From Caldimicrobium thiodismutans (lineage in GTDB: Bacteria; Desulfobacterota; Thermodesulfobacteria; Thermodesulfobacteriales; Thermodesulfobacteriaceae), in assembly GCF_001548275.1 (NCBI RefSeq), contig NZ_AP014945.1, positions 570,001 to 602,000 of the forward strand: 32,000 bases of DNA, read 5' to 3'. Under the pieces are notes generated by a model, which was given only the letters and a program-made list of their open reading frames with translations, was not told the origin of the DNA and did not search any database. Positions 25,536 to 32,000 of the stretch are shown piece by piece. The translations under genes and the position numbers were made by a program. The stretch's first letter is position 1, and every line of letters begins with the position of its first letter.

Positions 25536-27003
25536 TCTGGACTTCCTGGTTCGTATTCAGGATATTAATAAATAACAATTTTAACACCGGTTTTTTATCA
25601 ATTTTTCCCATACCCAAGAGACCCTCAAGGACCTCAATATAATTTGTTTCTTTGTCTTTAACAGCTCTTAAAAGAAAAGCCAGTTCATGAACTTCACGAG
25701 AAGCTATTTTTTCATATCTGTAAAGCCCCCAGAGAATTTTAATAAATTGATAATCTCCCTTTTCAAAGTTCTCAAAGATCTTAAGTAAGGCCCCATAATT
25801 TCTTTCAAGGCCTTCATCATGCAAAGGCAAAAGGGCAGGAAAATAGTGAATTTTTAGGTCTTTTTTGTAATCCTCATAGCTATAATAAAAAGGCCAGAAT
25901 CTGAATTCTCTTCGGCTCTGGGTATTATTTTCAAAGATTTCATTTTCCTTAGAAAGAAGTAAAAAGCGGTGCTCCTTTTCAAAGTAGGTTGAATTACCAT
26001 GGGTAATGGTGTCTTCTTTGTAAAAATAAAAAGGCCAGAGAAGAAAAGAGTCAAGGGAGTCAGCTTTTTTGACATAACCGTAAAAAGGCCAAAATCTTTT
26101 TCCAGTAATTTCTTTACCTCTTATGCTCCTGTAAAAGGGCCATGGGGCATCAATCTGTTCATAAAAGGGATCGTATCCACAAGTTTTTTGAAAAAAGGGC
26201 CAAAGATAAATAGTTTTTTCATAGGCATCAGTCCTTTCCTTGCCATAAAAGGGAAAATAAAATACCTTTTCTTCAAAATTTCCTGCATCATCTTTATAAT
26301 GAGTTTTAATATAGAAGGGCCAGAGAATAAATTTTCTCTCCTCTTCTCCTTCCCTGAAGTGTCCATAGAAAGGCCAGAATTTAAATCCTCCGTAAGATTG
26401 GTCCTCTTTGGATTTGGCTTTAGCAATCCGGATAAAAGGCCAAAGAATGTTTTGAGCAGTATATTTTTCATAGGTTACCTTAGAATAAAAAGGCCAGAGA
26501 ATAAAGGTAATTTCTTCTCGTCCGAAGCGATCTTTAAGATGACCATAAAAAGGAAAAACCCCCCCATAAGTCTCATTTTGAGCAGTTTTTCCAAAAAAAA
26601 CAGGGAAATACTCCCACTTTGAACCCTCTTTTTCTTCCGAGGGAACTTTTTCAATTTTTTTGTTTATAAGAGGTATAAGCTTAAAGGTGGTAGTCTCATT
26701 ATCCGAGCTATAGACGCCAAGAGGGGATAAAAAATAGGCTTTTTTGGTGTCAGGTTGTTCAACTGAAGAGTAAAAGGGACGATAGGAGGTGCCATTTTCT
26801 GATTCAAATTGGTATTTGTAAATAAAAGGCCCAAGGAATTCCTTTCTTTCATAACCTCTGATTTTATTTTTTGAATAAACTCCTAAAGGCCAAAAATTAT
26901 AGCGTTTTTCCACCAAATCTTCAAAGGCATAGGCCTTAGCAAAAAAGATCAGGAATATAGATATGAAAGATAAAAACACTTTTTTGGATTTCATTAAAAC
27001 CAT
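25498..27003 (-). CDS. Secreted W-P-F-Y repeat protein (501 aa), function unknown
   Basis: The signal peptide is KKVFLSFISIFLIFFAKAYA/FE. There are nine exact W-P-F motifs, for example FILWPFYSKV, FKFWPFYGHF and FLLWPFYFYK. About eight degenerate x-P-[FLV]-x motifs also occur, spaced 12-30 aa apart. At the DNA level this appears as repeated AAAAGGCCAGA on the plus strand. Confidence 0.75.
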   Translation of the reverse strand: MVLMKSKKVFLSFISIFLIFFAKAYAFEDLVEKRYNFWPLGVYSKNKIRGYERKEFLGPFIYKYQFESENGTSYRPFYSSVEQPDTKKAYFLSPLGVYSSDNETTTFKLIPLINKKIEKVPSEEKEGSKWEYFPVFFGKTAQNETYGGVFPFYGHLKDRFGREEITFILWPFYSKVTYEKYTAQNILWPFIRIAKAKSKEDQSYGGFKFWPFYGHFREGEEERKFILWPFYIKTHYKDDAGNFEEKVFYFPFYGKERTDAYEKTIYLWPFFQKTCGYDPFYEQIDAPWPFYRSIRGKEITGKRFWPFYGYVKKADSLDSFLLWPFYFYKEDTITHGNSTYFEKEHRFLLLSKENEIFENNTQSRREFRFWPFYYSYEDYKKDLKIHYFPALLPLHDEGLERNYGALLKIFENFEKGDYQFIKILWGLYRYEKIASREVHELAFLLRAVKDKETNYIEVLEGLLGMGKIDKKPVLKLLFINILNTNQEVQNVPQDRSVSGNL

Positions 27004-27052
27004 ATTTTATAGAGAATTGCCAAAAAGTCAATAAAAATTTTAGATTTTACTA

Positions 27053-30000
27053 TTATCTTCTTAAATAACCTCTAAAAAAAGAAAGGGCAAAAAGGCTGAA
27101 AATAAAAAGATAGAGATAGGGAATACTCCCTCCACCTGAGATACCTCCTCCCTCCTTAGAAGAAGAAAATTTCCTTTCTTCAAGAAGATAACCTTTAACC
27201 CTTTGAAATCCATTAAAAGGGGCCCTATTCTTTGAGGCTTCTATACTACGCCCCCCTTCTCCTTGATTAGCCTTAGGCATAGCTTCCCTTAATTCCTCCA
27301 AAGGAGCTTTATTCATTACACTAATAGATAAATAACCTTTAGTAATAAATTTTGTAAGAAGAGGATTATTACAGGTGTGTTCACAGCAGGCAAGTCCAAC
27401 CTTTGCCACGGTCTCCATATATTCCTCAGTTAAATGCTCCATTATTTCCCTTTCTGCCTTAAAATAACTCTTTCTTATGGCCTCAAGAATTCTTCCAATC
27501 AGCGATTGATAACTGTGGAGATTTCCTGCCCTTTCAAAATATTTTTTTATTTCTAAACCATATTTATCTTTCACATAAACCTCATAAAAGGCTCTCCAGG
27601 TCCTTTCATCCACTACTTCGGGATTGGTTACCTGAAAGCCAAAGAGATGCTCAACCACTTTATCAATGAAACGCGCCCCTGCATAGCCCTCCTTAAGCAT
27701 AGCCCTAATCCACTGGGGATTAAGATAGCGAGAGCGAATCTCCCTTCCCATAAATTTAGAAAGACTCTCTTGATAGGGCTTTTTGGGATCTGAGAGATTG
27801 GTTATCATCACCATGGGGGATTTGCCATCAAGAGTTCTTATAGCAAGAGTTAGCCCACCCAGATATTGAAAATAGTCATCATTATCAAGGGTTGCAAAAA
27901 CTTGGGTGGCTCTGCTGTGAAGGGCAATCTCCGTGCCAGAAAGATTTCTCTTAAAAAGAAATTCCTTTAAGTTTTCGGTATAATTTCCCTCCCTCTCAAA
28001 GGGTTCTCCCCAAAAACCCTGACCATAAAGAAAACTCATCCGGCGAATATAGACCCTGGCAACCTCACTTTCCCTTTGCCAGGTGTGGCTTGCAGAAATA
28101 ACTGTGTCAAGCCCTGTGCCATAGCCCCCCTGTTCTTCAGAAAAAATTCTCACCCTTGAAAGCCTTTCAGCAAGCTCCTCCTTTACTCCAAGTCTTTTCA
28201 GCTCCTCCTTAAGCCTTTTCTGATTTCTTTTTAAAGGACTTTCCTCTTTTGAAGTCAGAGCAAGACTTACTGCCTCATCAAGAAGTTTAACTAAATTAGA
28301 AAAAAGATCCCGGTAAAGCCCTGAAATAGTCATCACCACATCAATGCGAGGTCTCTTTAACTCTTCCTCAGGAATAAGCTCAAGGCCAATTACCCTTCCC
28401 CGCTCATCCCATCTTGGTCTTACCCCAAGTAAAGAAAGAATTTGAGATTCCATAATCCCTTCATGCCTTATAGTTTCAACAGCCCAGAGCACAAAGGCAA
28501 CTTTTTCAGGATATCTTCCCTCTTTTTCCCGGTATTTTTCAAGGAGCTCATAAGCAAGCCTTTTCCCAAGTTCATAGGTCCTTGGGGAAGGTATTCGAGA
28601 AGGATCAAAAGCAAAGAAGTTTTTTCCTGTGGGAAGGCTCTCGGGACTTCTTATAGGATCATTTCCGGGACCAGGAGAGATATACTCCCCTCTTAGAGCC
28701 CTGAGAAGATTTCTAAGCTCCCTTTCTGCTGATTCCCTGAGAACCCTTTGATAATCCTCCTTTGTGCCACTTCCGGTTAGTTCACTTAAAAGTCTTGCTG
28801 TCTCTTCTAAGTCCTCCTCTTCATAGGGTTTTCCAAAAGTATGAAGACCATAAGGATTTATAGCCTCTTCAAGCTCTGTCAGATAGTCTTCTATTTTTTC
28901 AAGAAATTCCTGAGAAAGCCCCTTTTCCTGAGTTAATTTACTAAAATCTATTTCAAGATCCCTATCAAGGGCAAGTTTTTTTATTAAAGTAAGGATTTCT
29001 TCAGCTTTGGCAGAAAGAGAAAGCTCTGAGCCCTTATCTTTTAAGGCACGATATTCCCCAAGAAGGGCTTTAAGGGTCTTTAGATCAGGATTAAGGGAGC
29101 TTTTTTTCAAGGGAGGAACAAGGTGATCAATGATTACTGCCATGCCTCTTCTTTTTGCTTGAAGCCCTTCTCCCACATCATCCACTATATATGGATAAAT
29201 ATCCGGGATTTCTCCCAGCAAGACTTCAGGATCATCCTCCTCAAGAAAGCCTATTTCTCTTCCTGGAAGCCACTCTAAGGTGCCATGGGTTCCAAGGTGA
29301 ATAACTGCATCAGCTTGAAAAATTTTTCTCAAATATAGATAAAAGGCAATATACTGATGATGGGGAGCAAGAAGGGAGGAATGATAGGCCCTATCAAGGT
29401 TTTGCTCCCAGGCCCTTGAAGGTTGAGGCCCAACAAGAATATTTCCAAATCTCAAAAGGGGCAAAAGGAAAAACTTCTTACCTCTTTCATCTTGGTAAAC
29501 CATAATTTGGGCATCCTCTGGAGATCCCCAGTCTTTAATAACTCTCTCCTTAAAGGCCTTAGGTAACTCCTCAAACAAGGTCTCATAGGTCTCAAGAGGA
29601 AGAAGAAGGATCTTACCAGATTGAGCAAGAAAATTAATCTCAGAAGGTGCCCACTTGGCCACATTTCTCCCATAGGTGAATAAAATCTCTTTCAATTCCT
29701 CCTTAGATAGCCTTGAAAATTCCTCTCCCAGATTGTATCCTTCCCTTTCAAGTCCTTTGAGAATATTCCAGATGCTTTCGGGAAGCACATTTAAGTAAGC
29801 GGCACCTATGTTTTGCTTGCCAGGGGGATAGTTGTAGTAAATCAGGGCTATTCTTTTTTCTCCTTCCCTTTTTTCTTGAAGTTTAAGATAGGCCTTTACC
29901 TTTTTTACTAAAGATGAAATCCCTTGAGAATAGGGAATTTCAGTCAATAAAATTTCCCCTGTTTCAGGATTGATTTCCTTTCTTTTGAAGCCAACAATGG

Positions 30001-31006
30001 TTGGACTGATAGCTCCAATAAGTTCTGGAGTAAAAATTTGCCAAACCCTTTCCATAATTCCCAGACCAAGCTTAGAATTTCTATAGGTTTCCTCATCTCC
30101 CTCATAGGGTATAATCAGATTGAAAAGGGGAACATTGAGTCTGGTCAAAACTGAAACCACCTCTTCAGGCTTTATCCCCACTTTCAAAGATAGCCCAAGA
30201 AGTGCCCTAATTCTGAAAGGTCCCTTTAAAAAGACTCTCTCAAGAACCCTGGCATCAGGATATCCAAAGGCAGGAATAACCTCAATATCTTCCTCCCTAA
30301 AAGCAGAAACAATCTTACAAATTACTTCGGTTTGAAAATTTAAAAGATTATTTCTATAAAAAGTAAGCCCGATTTTCGGCCTCTTTAACCTTTCTGGCTC
30401 CCCTTCTAATTTAGCTAAAAATGCAGAAAATTCCTCTTCAGAATAAACCCTCTTTTCATCACAGTCATAAACCCCAAAAAGGGGCATCCTCTTTACAGGA
30501 GAAGGATTGAGAGGGTATTGAAAATATTGACGAAGAAGATAGAGATAAAGATTATAAAGATTTTCAGGGCTACTCTCTCTATTGTAAGCTTCAATTGTTG
30601 GATCAACCTCTATTCCGAGTTTTTTCATCTCCTCATCATAGGAACCTTCAGCATAAAGCCCAAAAATAAAGGCTTTCTTCTCTTTTAAAGAAGGAAGATA
30701 CTCCTTTACCCTTTCATAAGCCCTTCTTCCCATAAGGTTTAGTAATAAAAGATCAGCCTCTTTAAGCTCCCTTTCAATCAAATCCTTTTTTTCCTCAAGA
30801 CTCAAAATTCTTATTCTCGGTAAGGGAAGCCCCCTTTCTGAAAGGTCTCTAAGAAGCATCTCCCTTGCAGAACTAAAACTCTTTATCTGGGAGCTTGTTG
30901 GTATCACTACTATATTAATGGATTTCTCTCCCTGGTCAGCAAAGAGAAAGGAAGAACAAAGAAAAAATAAAATTAGGCTCAAAAATAGACTATTCTTCAG
31001 GGACAT
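27053..31006 (-). CDS. CobN/Mg-chelatase large-subunit family protein (1317 aa) with an N-terminal signal peptide and a C-terminal membrane anchor
   Basis: Family blocks such as IHLGTHGTLEWLPGRE and VFATLDNDDYFQYLGG are present along the full length. The N-terminus MSLKNSLFLSLILFFLCSSFLFA/DQ looks like a Sec signal. The C-terminus GGGISGGGSIPYLYLFIFSLFALSFFRGYLRR is Gly-rich, then a TM segment, then a basic tail. The start overlaps the upstream gene by 17 nt. Confidence 0.85.
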   Translation of the reverse strand: MSLKNSLFLSLILFFLCSSFLFADQGEKSINIVVIPTSSQIKSFSSAREMLLRDLSERGLPLPRIRILSLEEKKDLIERELKEADLLLLNLMGRRAYERVKEYLPSLKEKKAFIFGLYAEGSYDEEMKKLGIEVDPTIEAYNRESSPENLYNLYLYLLRQYFQYPLNPSPVKRMPLFGVYDCDEKRVYSEEEFSAFLAKLEGEPERLKRPKIGLTFYRNNLLNFQTEVICKIVSAFREEDIEVIPAFGYPDARVLERVFLKGPFRIRALLGLSLKVGIKPEEVVSVLTRLNVPLFNLIIPYEGDEETYRNSKLGLGIMERVWQIFTPELIGAISPTIVGFKRKEINPETGEILLTEIPYSQGISSLVKKVKAYLKLQEKREGEKRIALIYYNYPPGKQNIGAAYLNVLPESIWNILKGLEREGYNLGEEFSRLSKEELKEILFTYGRNVAKWAPSEINFLAQSGKILLLPLETYETLFEELPKAFKERVIKDWGSPEDAQIMVYQDERGKKFFLLPLLRFGNILVGPQPSRAWEQNLDRAYHSSLLAPHHQYIAFYLYLRKIFQADAVIHLGTHGTLEWLPGREIGFLEEDDPEVLLGEIPDIYPYIVDDVGEGLQAKRRGMAVIIDHLVPPLKKSSLNPDLKTLKALLGEYRALKDKGSELSLSAKAEEILTLIKKLALDRDLEIDFSKLTQEKGLSQEFLEKIEDYLTELEEAINPYGLHTFGKPYEEEDLEETARLLSELTGSGTKEDYQRVLRESAERELRNLLRALRGEYISPGPGNDPIRSPESLPTGKNFFAFDPSRIPSPRTYELGKRLAYELLEKYREKEGRYPEKVAFVLWAVETIRHEGIMESQILSLLGVRPRWDERGRVIGLELIPEEELKRPRIDVVMTISGLYRDLFSNLVKLLDEAVSLALTSKEESPLKRNQKRLKEELKRLGVKEELAERLSRVRIFSEEQGGYGTGLDTVISASHTWQRESEVARVYIRRMSFLYGQGFWGEPFEREGNYTENLKEFLFKRNLSGTEIALHSRATQVFATLDNDDYFQYLGGLTLAIRTLDGKSPMVMITNLSDPKKPYQESLSKFMGREIRSRYLNPQWIRAMLKEGYAGARFIDKVVEHLFGFQVTNPEVVDERTWRAFYEVYVKDKYGLEIKKYFERAGNLHSYQSLIGRILEAIRKSYFKAEREIMEHLTEEYMETVAKVGLACCEHTCNNPLLTKFITKGYLSISVMNKAPLEELREAMPKANQGEGGRSIEASKNRAPFNGFQRVKGYLLEERKFSSSKEGGGISGGGSIPYLYLFIFSLFALSFFRGYLRR

Positions 31007-31343
31007 AAACTATTCTTCCATCTTTTAATTGATAGGCAGTTCCAAGTTTTATGCCTTCCCCTTGAAGTTCTTTTTTAGTGACCTTTTTCACTTTTATTTC
31101 TTTACCTTTTTTTATTATAAACTCAAGTTCTCCATTTGGGGCTTTTTTTACCATAGTAAATTCACTTCTGGGATTTAATAAATCTATGAGGTGATAGACC
31201 ATAAAGAGACTTACAATAAGACTTACAATAAAAACCACACTCAAATCAAAGAGATTGGCAACCCCTGTGAGAGGGTCTTCAATAAGAGGTTCTTCCGTTT
31301 CAAGAAGGGATTTTTTTCTCCTTAAGAGTCTAAAATAACTCAT
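30990..31343 (-). CDS. DUF2149-family single-pass membrane protein (ExbD/TolR-like position)
   Basis: DPLTGVANLFDLSVVFIVSLIVSLF matches my memory of the DUF2149 conserved N-terminal TM region. Length is 117 aa. It overlaps the ExbB-like gene by 4 nt. Confidence 0.6.
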   Translation of the reverse strand: MSYFRLLRRKKSLLETEEPLIEDPLTGVANLFDLSVVFIVSLIVSLFMVYHLIDLLNPRSEFTMVKKAPNGELEFIIKKGKEIKVKKVTKKELQGEGIKLGTAYQLKDGRIVYVPEE

Positions 31344-31906
31344 CTTTCAACCTCGGAAGAGGAAATTTTTATTCTTTCCCTTTCAGCCAGGTAATAAATT
31401 TTACTTAAGGTTTCCTTATTCCAGCGTTCTTTGGTGATACTTAAGAGATAGGAGAGAGCTCCTATTGAGAGGCCAATGATTGCGGTGGTAAAGGCAGTAA
31501 CCATTCGTTCTGCCATAACTCCAAGGTTTCCCTTGGCAAGTTCTGAAAGGGCAACTCCCATGGGGATAAGAGTTCCAAGAAGGCCTAAAGCAGGCCCAAG
31601 CCTTACCATCACTCTTACCCTGTCAAGCCCTTTAAGAAGAGAAAGCTCAACCCTGTCAACAAGAAGAGAAACCTCAATCAAAAGGGCCTCTCCCTGAAAC
31701 TTCTCTTCCAACTTCTTTAGCTCTGCCTCAAAGAATTCCACATAAAAGTTTCTCCCCTCCCTTCTTTCAAAATATTCCCTTAAAATCTTTCCACTTTGAT
31801 ACACTAAATAAAAGATAAGAAAAGTGAGAGTAAGAAGCACTGGATAGAGAAGACTTTCTGCCAGAATAAAAAGAAAGCCCTCAAGAAGGTAAAAAGGATT
31901 GGTCAT
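31340..31906 (-). CDS. MotA/TolQ/ExbB proton-channel family protein (188 aa)
   Basis: The channel signature is RLGPALGLLGTLIPMGVALSEL...AFTTAIIGLSIGALSYL, and an N-terminal TM helix is present. The ATGA start/stop overlaps the upstream partial ORF. Confidence 0.8.
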   Translation of the reverse strand: MTNPFYLLEGFLFILAESLLYPVLLTLTFLIFYLVYQSGKILREYFERREGRNFYVEFFEAELKKLEEKFQGEALLIEVSLLVDRVELSLLKGLDRVRVMVRLGPALGLLGTLIPMGVALSELAKGNLGVMAERMVTAFTTAIIGLSIGALSYLLSITKERWNKETLSKIYYLAERERIKISSSEVER

Positions 31907-32000
31907 AGCTTCCTCCTGATTTTGAATTGGAAAAACCCTGCTAAAAGGAAAATTAAAAAGAGAATAGAGAAAACTGCCAAAGTTTCCCCCTGATCTGGGA
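31903..32000 (-). CDS. 3' end of an unidentified CDS ending in a TM helix plus basic tail (5' part lies outside the window)
   Basis: The minus-strand frame is open from the window edge and reads PDQGETLAVFSILFLIFLLAGFFQFKIRRKL-stop. The stop overlaps the ExbB-like ATG as ATGA. Only 32 codons are visible. Confidence 0.45.
   Translation of the reverse strand, partial: PDQGETLAVFSILFLIFLLAGFFQFKIRRKL

Noticed and set aside
25999-26622. A 207-aa plus-strand ORF with a striking repeated KRPE(N)K / GPE motif.
   Set aside because: It is the antisense shadow of the WPFY-repeat gene: AAAAGGCCAGA is the reverse complement of the codons for W-P-F-Y. It has no start context or signal of its own, and the minus-strand ORF is longer and has a signal peptide.
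21773-31006. A CbiA-family gene and a CobN-family gene within 4 kb of each other could be read as a cobalamin biosynthesis cluster.
   Set aside because: They are on opposite strands in unrelated operons. No other cbi/cob genes are present. The CbiA homolog follows dsrMKJOP, which is a DsrN-like context. The CobN homolog has a signal peptide and a membrane anchor, and it is coupled to ExbB/DUF2149 genes.

Overview
This is a densely packed, low-GC bacterial chromosome segment with about 30 CDS and no rRNA, tRNA, CRISPR array or transposase. The organism is diderm (Lol and BamA are present). It carries the DsrMKJOP dissimilatory sulfite-reduction membrane complex. K/E/I-rich proteins suggest a thermophilic Thermodesulfobacteria-like sulfate reducer or sulfur disproportionator, but that lineage call is inference only.

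Gene layout:
- 1-6047 (+): lysS (5' partial), lolC, lolD, bamA and rpmB.
- 6044-13344 (-): rel, a small secreted Cys-repeat protein, and the dxs-ispA-xseB-xseA operon.
- 13724-24298 (+): nrdR-pyrF-DUF763, then dsrT-like, dsrMKJOP, a dsrN-like amidase, a ferredoxin, and an orphan C-terminal J-domain protein.
- 24295-32000 (-): a long chain of tightly spaced genes. In transcription order they are a partial tail-anchored ORF, an ExbB/MotA-like channel, DUF2149, a 1317-aa CobN-family protein with a signal peptide and a C-terminal anchor, a 501-aa secreted WPFY-repeat protein, coaD, and a DUF3108-like protein.

Most interesting observations:
1. The envelope-targeted CobN / ExbB / DUF2149 module looks like a PMF-coupled tetrapyrrole (de)chelatase or uptake system rather than cobalamin biosynthesis.
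2. The WPFY-repeat secreted protein lies just downstream of that module.
3. A roughly 150-nt element occurs twice in inverted orientation. Each copy sits in the same polarity 42-49 nt upstream of a start codon, one for rel and one for nrdR, and the two copies bracket a 5.1-kb housekeeping block.
4. A secreted protein carries an exact twin C-x9-C-x24-C-x8-C repeat.

All function calls rest on by-eye motif and family recognition. No searches were run.
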